NCBI GenBank assembly: GCA_964609775.1
Contig: CAZSSJ010000001.1
Coordinates: 22,858 to 86,857, forward strand
Direction: 5' to 3'
Length of the DNA: 64,000 nucleotides
Source: an uncultured Gammaproteobacteria bacterium
Lineage (GTDB): Bacteria; Patescibacteriota; Microgenomatia; JAMCZE01
A model generated the notes under the pieces. It made no database searches. It was not told the DNA's origin and worked only from the letters and a program-made list of their open reading frames with translations. The position numbers were made by a program, and so were the translations under genes. Of this stretch, positions 44,578 to 53,301 are shown piece after piece (the first letter of the stretch is position 1; every line of letters begins with the position of its first letter).

Positions 44578-45612
44578 TCAGAGAAGTTTTTCCTGGCCGG
44601 CACTGACTGGCGGGGTTTTGCCGAGGTGGAAATAGGCAGCCGGAGTGGTCATCCGGCCGCGGGGGGTACGTTTGACAAAACCGATCTGCATCAGATAGGG
44701 TTCGACAACTTCTTGAAGGGTGCCGATGTCTTCAGAAAGAGTGGCGGCAAGGGTTTCCAGGCCAACCGGGCCGCCACCGAATTTGTCGATGATGGCCAGG
44801 AGAAAGCGGCGGTCGGAGTCGTCGAGGCCCAGAGGATCAACTTCCAGAATGTCCAAAGCCCTGGTGAGCATTTCGGAGGTGACGGTGCCGGTGCCATGGA
44901 CTTGAGAATAGTCGCGGACCCGTTTCAGGAGCTTGAGGGCAATTCGGGGAGTGCCCCGGGCGCGCTTGGCCAGCTCCAGAGCAGCCCCTTGGGCAATGGG
45001 CAGATCAAGCTTCACCGCGGCTTTCTTAGCAATTTCCGTCAAGTCTTCCGGACTATAAAAAGAGAGCCGGTGGGTGATGCCGAAACGGTCGCGAAGAGGG
45101 GCGGAGATTAAGCCAATGCGGGTCGTGGCGCCGACGATGGTGATGTGGGGAAGTTCCAGGCGAAGGGTTCGGGCGGAGGGACCCTTACCCACGACAATGT
45201 CGAGGGCGAAGTCCTCCATGGCCGGATAGAGCGTCTCTTCAACAACTTTGCTCAGGCGGTGAATTTCGTCAATGAAAAGAATGTCGCCCGGTTCGAGATT
45301 GGTGAGGATTGAGGCCAGATCACCGGCCCGTTCGATGGCCGGTCCGGAGGTGACGCGAATGTTGGTGCCCATTTCCCGGGCAATTAAATGGGAAAGGGTG
45401 GTTTTTCCCAAGCCCGGAGGTCCGTAGAGCAGAGTGTGCTCCATGGGTTCGGAGCGTTTTTTGGCGGCGGAAAGGCCGATTTGAAGAGATTGCTTGACTT
45501 TCTCCTGGCCGATGAATTCATCCCAGGCGGCAGCCCGAAGGGAGTTGAAAAGTTTTTCCTCGTCGGGACTTTTTTCGCTGAGGTCTTTAGATCCTGGATC
45601 GGCTTTTTTCAT
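44578..45612 (-). CDS. ruvB: Holliday junction branch-migration ATPase RuvB
   Basis: [23 protein letters not shown], full-length RuvB-like sequence. Confidence 0.95.
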   Translation of the reverse strand: MKKADPGSKDLSEKSPDEEKLFNSLRAAAWDEFIGQEKVKQSLQIGLSAAKKRSEPMEHTLLYGPPGLGKTTLSHLIAREMGTNIRVTSGPAIERAGDLASILTNLEPGDILFIDEIHRLSKVVEETLYPAMEDFALDIVVGKGPSARTLRLELPHITIVGATTRIGLISAPLRDRFGITHRLSFYSPEDLTEIAKKAAVKLDLPIAQGAALELAKRARGTPRIALKLLKRVRDYSQVHGTGTVTSEMLTRALDILEVDPLGLDDSDRRFLLAIIDKFGGGPVGLETLAATLSEDIGTLQEVVEPYLMQIGFVKRTPRGRMTTPAAYFHLGKTPPVSAGQEKLL

Positions 45613-46181
45613 TTGAGTTTAGAGAGAGATTTTAAAGCAAAACGGATCTGGTCTTCAATGGCGATTGTTTCCGGGGGAAGGTTTTTGGTTGCTTGCCGGG
45701 CTTCGGAAGGTGAATAGCCCATGGATTCTAAAGCGTCGAGAAGTTCGGAAGTGGCGGAACCGCCCGTGAGATCGAGGTCGGAAAGGCTGCCCAGTTTGGA
45801 TTTTAATTCAATGATGATTTTCTGAGCGTTTTTTTTGCCCAGGCGGGGGACAAGGGTGAAGAAAGTCTCATCGGCTTTAATGATGGCCTGTTTAACCGGA
45901 TCAACACCTTTGTCCAGGACAAGGAGAGCGGTCCGTGGGCCAATCCCGGAGACACTAAGAAGCATTTTAAAGAGGTTTAAACCTTCGGTGTTTGGGAAGC
46001 CAAAGAGGTCAAGGGCGTCTTCGCGGACGTGGGTGTGAATGTGCAGGTCAAGCGGCTCGCCAAGGGAAAGCCTTGAGAGAATTGAGGAGGGAAGAAAGAC
46101 ATGATAGCCCACGCCGCCAACCAGAAGAGTGACAGAATCAAAGTTTTTTTGTTTAACCGAGCCTTGAAGAAAACTGATCAT
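45609..46181 (-). CDS. ruvA: Holliday junction DNA helicase subunit RuvA
   Basis: MISFLQGSV...GVGYHVF...[10 protein letters not shown]. Overlaps ruvB by 4 nt. Confidence 0.9.
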   Translation of the reverse strand: MISFLQGSVKQKNFDSVTLLVGGVGYHVFLPSSILSRLSLGEPLDLHIHTHVREDALDLFGFPNTEGLNLFKMLLSVSGIGPRTALLVLDKGVDPVKQAIIKADETFFTLVPRLGKKNAQKIIIELKSKLGSLSDLDLTGGSATSELLDALESMGYSPSEARQATKNLPPETIAIEDQIRFALKSLSKLK

Positions 46182-46274
46182 TGATTAATTTGAAATTTGA
46201 AATTTTAAATTTGAAATCAATTTTCAATTTAAAATGTTTCAATTTCAAAACCAGACATTTTTAAAACCCGTACA
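46182..46274. repeat. AT-rich TTTGAAA/TTCAAAT palindromic spacer (same family as 4909-5036)
   Basis: aatttgaaatttgaaattttaaatttgaaat faces attttcaatttaaaatgtttcaatttcaaaa. Confidence 0.8.
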
Positions 46275-46763
46275 TTATTTTTGAGCGAGGCGCATTTTGT
46301 AACTAAATGAATGAGTGATGGCGACGGCCAGAGCGTCGGCGGCGTCGTCGGGCCTCGGAACGGTCTTTAAATTCAGAACTGATTTTACCATCATTTGGAT
46401 CTGATATTTATCGGCCCGGCCGTAGCCTGTCAGAGCCTGTTTAATTTGAAGAGGGGTGTAGGAATGGAGAGACAGACTTTTGAGTTGGGCGCAGAGGAGA
46501 ACAATGCCGCGAGACTGGCCGACAGCCAGAGCGGTTTTGGCGTTGGCGGCAAAAAATAGCTCCTCGACAGCCAGGGTGTGGGGGTGATGGGTGGTGATGA
46601 GTTTTTCCAGAAAGCGAAAAATGATTTCCAGACGCTCCTCTTCGGGGAGGTGGGCGGCGGTTTCCTGACAGCCGAAATCGATGAGATCAAGCCTGCCTTG
46701 ATCATCTTTAATGAGCCCCCAACCGAGGCGGGCAAAACCGGGATCAATGCCCAAAATTTTCAT
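46275..46763 (-). CDS. ruvC: Crossover junction endodeoxyribonuclease RuvC
   Basis: MKILGIDPGFARLGWGLI..., RuvC length and motifs. Confidence 0.9.
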   Translation of the reverse strand: MKILGIDPGFARLGWGLIKDDQGRLDLIDFGCQETAAHLPEEERLEIIFRFLEKLITTHHPHTLAVEELFFAANAKTALAVGQSRGIVLLCAQLKSLSLHSYTPLQIKQALTGYGRADKYQIQMMVKSVLNLKTVPRPDDAADALAVAITHSFSYKMRLAQK

Positions 46764-46775
46764 AGGGCTATTATA
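46764..46775 (-). promoter_or_regulatory. Perfect -10 box placing the ruvC ATG at the predicted transcription start (leaderless)
   Basis: Minus strand reads TATAAT-agccct-ATG. No SD is possible in 6 nt. Confidence 0.45.
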
Positions 46776-46825
46776 TGTCAGTTTGCAGGAAAGACCGGGC
46801 GACGGGATGAAGCAGAAGAAGTGGC

Positions 46826-47104
46826 TTAAGTTTTTAAGCAGTTGGCGTTTTGCTGGAGGGTCCTCTCACTTATTCTTGAGATTGAAGATAGGCTAGCTCC
46901 CCCTTCCGTGCTGCCGAATCCCCCACAAGAGATTGCTTCAGGACTGGTTTCCTTAAATAGGGGGCAGCTTAGGCAGTATCTTCGGAACAGCTCTGACGGA
47001 CCGAAGAATTCAGGGTCTTCATAGGACACTATTAGCAGAAAGCCGGCATAGTCACTGGTCGGGGAGTATCGTATTGTTGCTTCAGGCTGCTCGACTTCTA
47101 ACAT
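46826..47104 (-). CDS. Small hypothetical protein F (92 aa)
   Basis: The ATG follows GAGAAT-N7 of the module. No family recognised. Confidence 0.45.
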   Translation of the reverse strand: MLEVEQPEATIRYSPTSDYAGFLLIVSYEDPEFFGPSELFRRYCLSCPLFKETSPEAISCGGFGSTEGGASLSSISRISERTLQQNANCLKT

Positions 47105-47140
47105 GGCCTTTATTCTCTCTCTCTCTGCTTAATTTGTCAA
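47105..47140 (-). promoter_or_regulatory. Shared promoter module, copy F: spacer 17, N7, ATG
   Basis: TTGACAAATTAAGCAGAGAGAGAGAGAATAAAGGCCATG. Confidence 0.6.
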
Positions 47141-47164
47141 GTTGGGACAGTTCAATGAGTCTTT

Positions 47165-47205
47165 GGGGAAATGTTCCATGGAATGCGATCGCGTTTTATG
47201 GAACA
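47165..47205. repeat. Palindromic element copy 3 (best-preserved)
   Basis: GGGGAAATGTTCCATGGAATGCGATCGCGTTTTATGGAACA, in the divergent region between gene F and fic. Confidence 0.8.
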
Positions 47206-47291
47206 GGGGGTTGATTTTTGACGGCAGTCAAAATTTGTATTGGGAACAAAATCTTATATAATCTAATATAGTCGCTATATGAGATTTAACT

Positions 47292-48365
47292 ATGGCTGAT
47301 ATTAATCGATTTGACCAGCGGCTGGAGAATTTGCCGTCAGGAATTTGGGCTAGGGTTGCCCGGATTGATGAGCTGAAGGGGAGGTTTGTGGCGGGAGCAG
47401 AGCTTGGGCCGCAAGCTTTAAAGGGGCTCCGAAGATCGGTTCTGGTGACTTCTTCCGGAGCCTCGACCCGGATTGAGGGAGCCAAACTTTCTGATGAGGA
47501 CGTGGAGAAAATGATGCGGGGCATTGATATTGTGAAGTTTGCTAACCGGGACAAACAAGAGGTCCAAGGCTACTTTGAGCTGTTACAAAATGTGTTTGCT
47601 TCCTGGGAGGATTTGAGTCTTTCAGAAGGAACGATCAAACATTTTCACCAAGAGCTTCTGAAGTACGTGGAGAAGGACAAGTTACATCGGGGAGAGTATA
47701 AGCACGACGAGAACAAAGTGGAAATGATCAACGAGGCAGGGGAGTCGGTTGGATTGTTGTTTGATACGACTCCAGCTTACCTTACACCAAAAGAAATGCT
47801 CGAGCTCGTGGAGTGGACACAAGGGGCACTTGAAGAGAAAAGATTCCACACCCTGCTCATTATTGGAAATTTCCTGGTGGAGTTTCTCAATATTCACCCG
47901 TTTACTGACGGAAACGGCCGTTTGTCACGGATCTTAACCAATGTGCTTCTTGTTAAGGCAGGCTACGCATTTATGCCTTATGTTTCACACGAGAAGCTTG
48001 TTGAGGGCAATAAGCCAGATTACTATCTGGCCTTAAGAAGTAGCCAGCGAACTTTTAAGGCACCCGGGGAGACGGTTGTTCCTTGGCTGGATTTCTTTCT
48101 CGCAGTTCTTCTTAAACAGGCGCAGACGGCAGTCGATTTACTCTCGGCGGCCACTATTGAACGGACGCTGTCAACAAAACAAATAGTTGTTTGGCAATAC
48201 CTTCAATCGAAGGAGGAGGCTACTCCGGGAGAGGTTGCCAGTCAAACGGGAGTGCCCCGGCCAACAGTTAATCAGGCCTTGGGTAAACTGGTGCGGCTCA
48301 AAATGGTTGAAAAGATTGGTTTGGGCCGGGCGACGAGATACCGGAAGCAAAGGCGAGAAATATAA
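47292..48365 (+). CDS. fic: Fic/DOC family protein with C-terminal wHTH
   Basis: Fic motif HPFTDGNGRLSR. C-terminal ...EVASQTGVPRPTVNQALGKLV. Confidence 0.85.
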   Translation: MADINRFDQRLENLPSGIWARVARIDELKGRFVAGAELGPQALKGLRRSVLVTSSGASTRIEGAKLSDEDVEKMMRGIDIVKFANRDKQEVQGYFELLQNVFASWEDLSLSEGTIKHFHQELLKYVEKDKLHRGEYKHDENKVEMINEAGESVGLLFDTTPAYLTPKEMLELVEWTQGALEEKRFHTLLIIGNFLVEFLNIHPFTDGNGRLSRILTNVLLVKAGYAFMPYVSHEKLVEGNKPDYYLALRSSQRTFKAPGETVVPWLDFFLAVLLKQAQTAVDLLSAATIERTLSTKQIVVWQYLQSKEEATPGEVASQTGVPRPTVNQALGKLVRLKMVEKIGLGRATRYRKQRREI

Positions 48366-48493
48366 TCCCCTCGTGTTAGACTGATTGGGGTTCGAGTTTT
48401 GAATGAAAGCTTGGGGTGAGGCTTCTGATTTTTGATGAGAAGTTGTTGGGGATTAGGGATGTGACTGTGGAGAAGCTCCCGGATTGATCAGAG

Positions 48494-48877
48494 CTATTTA
48501 GGTTCGTGGCGGGAATATTCTTCCTCGAAGTCTTCAGGTGGGAGCCGGACATATCTTTCTTCTTTCGTCGGCCAAGTGTCGTCTCCTTTTGGATCCCATT
48601 CTGTCCGTCGCAGGACCACGTTTGGGGTGCAGGTTTCCAGAACAGACTTGCGGGCGAGGCCAAATTCTTGGTCAAAAGTTACTTCCTGGTATTTTCGGCC
48701 GGTTAGACCTATTCTTTCTTGGGCAAGTTGACGCCCTTCCGAAGTGTGAGGAGTAAAGTCCACCCACTTGCCTGCTTGGGTAGGTCCAAGTCCTAGCTCG
48801 GCGGTTAGGAACTATTCCAGGCGACCTTTGTCGTCTTTAATTTGTTGTTCATTTCTTTCTTGAGAGATTGCAGACAT
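48494..48877 (-). pseudogene. Small gene G, paralog of C, interrupted by an in-frame TAG at 48812-48814
   Basis: From the ATG at 48877: MSAISQERNEQQIKDDKGRLE-stop-FLTAELGLGPTQAGKWVDFTPHTSEGRQLAQERIGLTGRKY... The stop aligns with the Tyr of ...IELDYFLHPNLGFGP in C. Confidence 0.6.
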
Positions 48878-48912
48878 GGCTTTATTCTCTCCCTCTCTTC
48901 CTAAAAAGTCAA
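48878..48912 (-). promoter_or_regulatory. Shared promoter module, copy G (TTGACT variant, interrupted GA tract): spacer 17, N6
   Basis: TTGACTTTTTAGGAAGAGAGGGAGAGAATAAAGCCATG. Confidence 0.55.
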
Positions 48913-48936
48913 ATTTGGACAGTCCGGGAGGGTTCT

Positions 48937-48976
48937 GGGGAAATGTTCAATGAAACGCGATCGCGAGTGTGGAACG
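48937..48976. repeat. Palindromic element copy 4 (degenerate)
   Basis: GGGGAAATGTTCAATGAAACGCGATCGCGAGTGTGGAACG. Confidence 0.7.
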
Positions 48977-49044
48977 ACTGTCGAACTTGGGTGGAGAGAT
49001 GAGAAAAGTGACACAAATTGCGCTAGTGTGAATTTTGTGTCAAT

Positions 49045-49140
49045 TTGGAGTGAGTTAATTTAACCGTATTGGGGTACGGATCTGGAGGGCCATCAGGTAG
49101 GTTGCTGCGACGACCTTCCTGAGGAGTGGTCTCAGGAGGG
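49045..49140 (+). pseudogene. Decayed LamG 3' remnant plus conserved hairpin
   Basis: About 80% identity by eye between 49098-49140 and 29505-29546, including tag-(a/g)ttg.tg...TTCCTGAGG.GTGGTCTC.GGA. The upstream gagttaatttaacc resembles gagtttaacc of the true gene end. Confidence 0.45.
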
Positions 49141-49194
49141 CTGCTGGTACTGGCAGTTGGGTTTGCAAGGCGAGGGTGTAGAGTCTCTGTTTTA

Positions 49195-50262
49195 TTATTT
49201 GAGAAGACTCTCTTGATAGAGAGGGCTTTCTACAACCTGCTTCCAGGCGGCAACAGCGTTTGGTGATGATTGGAGACGATAATCGCGGCCGGAACCATCC
49301 CTTGAGTTAAACCAGACAGCTACTTTAACCTTCGGGAGCTTTTCAGGGATCGTTGTGAGAAATCCCTGTTTTATCCAATTCGCCTGAGCCATCGGATCAT
49401 CGGGATTTGCCATTGCACCAACTTCCCAAAGAATCATCGGACGAGAAGAAAAGCCAGTAACAAAGTCATAGGTGGATTTGAACTCATCTTCGAGCGACCG
49501 CCAATTATTTTGAGCATTGCTGTAGCCGTCTAAGGCGACCCAGTCAACATAGTTGTCGCCGGGATAGAGCTCTTTAAAGATGCCTCCATACGTATTCAAG
49601 TTGTCATCGCTAAGGACACTGGCGCACCAAACAAACTGGACATTAGTGGCTTTTTCCCGGCGAAAAATGTCGACAATGTGCTTCCAGGCGGCGACAAAAT
49701 CTGCCGGATTGGTGTTGCCATTGACACTATAGCCCCACGGATACCAAGTGCCATCCATTTCGTGGAGAAAACGAAGAATGAAGGGATAATGGTAGGCGGC
49801 CGCGTCTTTGGCAAATTGAGTAATATATTGGTCATGTCGGCCGGAGGCAATTGCCTTCCAAGAATAATCTGTTTGGTTAATGGCTTGTTGCCGATCTGGA
49901 TAGGCCTCTATTGACCCTTTTGACGGACTCCAGGTTATTCCGGGCATAATACCCCGGGTTCGGAATTCATCGAGCATCGGAGGGTAAAATGGAATGTAGC
50001 TTCCGTCTAAGCGTTTCCACGTGGTTGGCTGCCAGGCAAAAGCGGGTTTTCTGCCAGCCTCTTTAATGTACCTGTCGATATTATCTCCCGAAGTATCTTT
50101 TTGGGGTTGATAGATTCCTAGGGCTATCCCCGAGGAAGGAATGATCGGAGACTGATCATTACGAAGTTCCGACAAATTGGGGGAGCGAAAAAGCCTCGGC
50201 AGCTGTGAAAGGACCAGAATACCGGCGACCGTGATTATGGCAACCAATAAGTATTTGTGCAT
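49195..50262 (-). CDS. Secreted GH26-like glycoside hydrolase
   Basis: N-terminal TM/signal. YPFILRFLHEMDGTWYPWGY, YPGDNYVDWVALDGYS, ILWEVGA. Confidence 0.6.
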   Translation of the reverse strand: MHKYLLVAIITVAGILVLSQLPRLFRSPNLSELRNDQSPIIPSSGIALGIYQPQKDTSGDNIDRYIKEAGRKPAFAWQPTTWKRLDGSYIPFYPPMLDEFRTRGIMPGITWSPSKGSIEAYPDRQQAINQTDYSWKAIASGRHDQYITQFAKDAAAYHYPFILRFLHEMDGTWYPWGYSVNGNTNPADFVAAWKHIVDIFRREKATNVQFVWCASVLSDDNLNTYGGIFKELYPGDNYVDWVALDGYSNAQNNWRSLEDEFKSTYDFVTGFSSRPMILWEVGAMANPDDPMAQANWIKQGFLTTIPEKLPKVKVAVWFNSRDGSGRDYRLQSSPNAVAAWKQVVESPLYQESLLK

Positions 50263-50299
50263 GTTTTAGTTATTGAGTGTTTATATTAAAATAATTGGT

Positions 50300-53257
50300 T
50301 TAATTGACAAAGACGGTGATGGAGTTGGTGGCAGATTTACCTGAGGAGTCAGTGACCTTGGCGGTGACGAGGTATTGGCCGCTCGGGACGGATGAGCCGA
50401 GAGTGACAGAACAGGAGTAGGGAAAAGTGGTGTCGGTGCATTTCAGACTATCTTTAACATAGAACTCAACTTTGGTCACAGGAAGGCTGCTTTCAACCTG
50501 GGTAGTGGCAGTGGTGTTTTTCTTGACGAGACTGCCGTTTGTGGGCGAGTTGATCTTGATGGTCAGGATCGAAGCGGTCGGGTCGAGTGAGGTGGCGGGA
50601 CTTCTGGTTGGGCTTTCGGATGGAGGAGTTGGTGCGGGGTTTGATGAGAGCGCCACAACGGGAGTGGGAGCCGAGGCGGTGGGGGCGAGGGAGTTAAAAA
50701 GATTTCCTTGATAGAGAGGGCTGGCGACCACCTGTTTCCAGGCGTTAAGAGAATTTTGGGAAGAATCAACTGCATAGTTCACTGTTTTTCTGTCATTAAT
50801 GGAGTTGAACCAGTTGACCATCTTAACATCGGGAAATAGTTGCGGAATAGTAGTTAAAAATCCCTGGGTAATCCAGTTGGCTTTAGCCATCGAGTCTTTG
50901 GGATCTTCCGACGCTCCAACTTCATAAAAAGCCATCCGCCGGTGGGTAAAAGTTTTTAAGAATTGGTAAGCAGGTTGAAAGTCATCCTGAAGAGAACGCT
51001 TGGTCGATGCCGGATTGCTATAACCATCCAGAGCGATCCAATCAACATAGTCGTCTCCGGGATAAAGTTGCTTAAGAACGTCTTTGTATTGATCAATCCG
51101 GCTGGGAGTCAGGACACTGGCAGCCCAGCACCAGGCAAACTGGACATTAGTGGCTCCTTCTTTCCTGAAGATATCTACGACGTGTTTCCAGGCGGCAACA
51201 AAATCAGCGGGATTTGTGTTTCCATTGACTGAATATCCCCACGGGTACCAATTGCCATCCATTTCCGCAAACACTCGTACAATAAAAGGATAGTGATAGG
51301 CGGCAGCATCTTTGGCAACCTGGGTGATATACGCATCATGCATCCCTGAGTTGATTGCTTGCCAAGAAAAATCCGGCTGATTTTCATTCAGTGCCGATCC
51401 CTTTGATGCATCCCAGTTTAAGCCGGGCATAATTCCCCTTGTCCGGAACTGGTCCAGGAGACGAGGATCAAATTGCTGATAGGCGCCGGTATTGGGGTTC
51501 TGCCATTTAACCGAAAACCAGGCAAAAGCAGGCTTCCTGCCAACCTCTTTAGTGTATTGGTCTACGGCAGTGCCGTGACCGAAGGGGTCTGCGGCCGGTT
51601 GATAGACACCGAGGGATATGCCATTGGAGCCGGTTGGAGAGGGGCGGCACCAGCCTTCGGCTGGTTCGGGCAGAAGACAGGCGGGCTTGGAATCAAGGCA
51701 AGCGGGGCGGGGTTTACAAGTTGTTGGAGGTGGTGGGAGGGGATTTGTCTGTTGAGGTTCGACAAAGACGGGTGATTTGGTCAGTTGGATAGTATTGGTG
51801 CTGATAGTGCTTTCTTTGCCGGTCACATCGGTGACTTGGGCACCGGTGAAGGGCAGGGTGACGGTGGCATTATCGCTTTCAGACCAGAGAATGTAGATGT
51901 CCTTGCCATGATTAGAGAATTCATAGGCCCGGACATTGCTTCCCAAAGAAAGTTTTTGCTGGAAAGAACCGTCCGTGAGCTTATCTGAGATGACTTTAAA
52001 GGCGGCGGCGGCGGGGCGGGGGGTGCCGGAATTGTCAATTAAGCCGACGTGGGCTTCACTGATGGCGAAATCGGTCATGGTCCAGTAGACAAACCGGTCA
52101 ACTTTTCCAGCAAAGCCAATGACCATTTTCCGGACCAGTTCCCGGGCGTGCTCGTCTGGGTCGTAGCCCTTTCCCGGGGCGCCGCGCCAGCCGTACCAGG
52201 CTTCCCACCAGGAAATCGGCTTGTCGTCGCCGACGCCTTTAAGGCTGGTGTGCAGATATTCCAGGACTTTTTCCAGGTTCTGCCAGGGAGCGCCGTTGTG
52301 GATTTGGAGCTTGTCAATATATTTATGATTGGCAAAAATGTTGTTTTCCCAGGCAATGGTGTCCTGAACACCCGGGGCAGCGAGGGTTTGTTTAAGCTCG
52401 TCGATGGTATTAAAGTGAACTGTTTGGCCGGCTTTCTCCTGATGAGCGGTATAGGAGTTGGCGAAGTCGAGGGCTTCCTGGTTGCGGCCTTCGTTCACAA
52501 GCCAGTTGGCCGTTAAATAGCCCAGACCTTCATAGGACATGCCGGCGTCGGTGACGACGGCGTTGGGGTCGGCGGCGTGGACAGCTTTGGAGGCATTTTG
52601 CAACAGTTTGGTATAGTCTTCCCGGCTGGCGCCCCAATTGCCTGGCCAGTGAGCCTCGTTTTCGACGGAATAGTGGGTGATTTTGCCTTTATAGTGTTTG
52701 GTCACTTCGTAGACAAATTTATAGTAGTCGTCCCAGTTTTTTGGGGGCATGGAGTGATTGCCGGAGAGCTTGATGTCCGGCGGGAAGGGCTGAGTGGCCC
52801 AGGAGGCATTGGAAACAAGGTGGACCATGATTTCCTGGCCGCAACTTTCGTAGCTGTCGACCCAATTGTCAAACTGTTTCCAGACCCACTGATTACGGTT
52901 AACGGGTTGAATGCGGGCCCAGGAGAGGACGAGCCAGTTGACAGTCGAACCGTTGGTTGTGAGAGTTTCACAAAATTTGTCTTTTTGACTGCCGAGGGCT
53001 TGATCGATGGGGGCTCCAGTGCCTATCAGGAGGCCGGTCCTTGGCGGCTGGCTTTTGCCCACTCCGGGTTTAGTCGGAAAGATAGAGTTAGATCTAATAG
53101 CTTCCTCAACGTTTGAGGCGAGGTTTTTAGCTGCTTGGGTTATTTTAGTGACTTCCTGGCGGATCTGGGGACTTTGTTTGTAGGCAGTGAGACCCAGCAG
53201 GGTGGTGGCGGCAAGGATTATTGGTATGAAGATGAAGGCGAAGCCAGATTGTTTCAT
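50300..53257 (-). CDS. Secreted multidomain glycosidase: TIM-barrel GH (GH5/39-like), GH26-like domain, Pro/Ser linker, Ig-like domain
   Basis: HYSVENEAHWPGNW is a NE acid/base-like motif. The second half is a paralog of 49195-50262 (YPFIVRVFAEMDGNWYPWGY). C-terminal VEFYVKD...VTAKVTDSSGKSATNSITVFV. Confidence 0.65.
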   Translation of the reverse strand: MKQSGFAFIFIPIILAATTLLGLTAYKQSPQIRQEVTKITQAAKNLASNVEEAIRSNSIFPTKPGVGKSQPPRTGLLIGTGAPIDQALGSQKDKFCETLTTNGSTVNWLVLSWARIQPVNRNQWVWKQFDNWVDSYESCGQEIMVHLVSNASWATQPFPPDIKLSGNHSMPPKNWDDYYKFVYEVTKHYKGKITHYSVENEAHWPGNWGASREDYTKLLQNASKAVHAADPNAVVTDAGMSYEGLGYLTANWLVNEGRNQEALDFANSYTAHQEKAGQTVHFNTIDELKQTLAAPGVQDTIAWENNIFANHKYIDKLQIHNGAPWQNLEKVLEYLHTSLKGVGDDKPISWWEAWYGWRGAPGKGYDPDEHARELVRKMVIGFAGKVDRFVYWTMTDFAISEAHVGLIDNSGTPRPAAAAFKVISDKLTDGSFQQKLSLGSNVRAYEFSNHGKDIYILWSESDNATVTLPFTGAQVTDVTGKESTISTNTIQLTKSPVFVEPQQTNPLPPPPTTCKPRPACLDSKPACLLPEPAEGWCRPSPTGSNGISLGVYQPAADPFGHGTAVDQYTKEVGRKPAFAWFSVKWQNPNTGAYQQFDPRLLDQFRTRGIMPGLNWDASKGSALNENQPDFSWQAINSGMHDAYITQVAKDAAAYHYPFIVRVFAEMDGNWYPWGYSVNGNTNPADFVAAWKHVVDIFRKEGATNVQFAWCWAASVLTPSRIDQYKDVLKQLYPGDDYVDWIALDGYSNPASTKRSLQDDFQPAYQFLKTFTHRRMAFYEVGASEDPKDSMAKANWITQGFLTTIPQLFPDVKMVNWFNSINDRKTVNYAVDSSQNSLNAWKQVVASPLYQGNLFNSLAPTASAPTPVVALSSNPAPTPPSESPTRSPATSLDPTASILTIKINSPTNGSLVKKNTTATTQVESSLPVTKVEFYVKDSLKCTDTTFPYSCSVTLGSSVPSGQYLVTAKVTDSSGKSATNSITVFVN

Positions 53258-53301
53258 TGGGGATTAATGTCAGTCGAGTTTAAGGCAGAAAGCCTTGGTT
53301 G

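Noticed and set aside
44437-45111. 224-aa plus-strand ORF
   Set aside because: It is antisense to the clearly identified ruvB and its sequence is Gly/Arg-rich filler. Its 5' end covers the palindromic element.
47185-47192. GCGATCGC as the cyanobacterial HIP1 repeat
   Set aside because: It occurs only as the centre of the larger palindromic element, a handful of copies. Gene content is not cyanobacterial.
37622-48976. Palindromic elements as integron attC sites, with the island as an integron cassette array
   Set aside because: No integrase is in the window, the arms do not match the RYYYAAC/GTTRRRY core sites, and cassette orientation alternates rather than being uniform.
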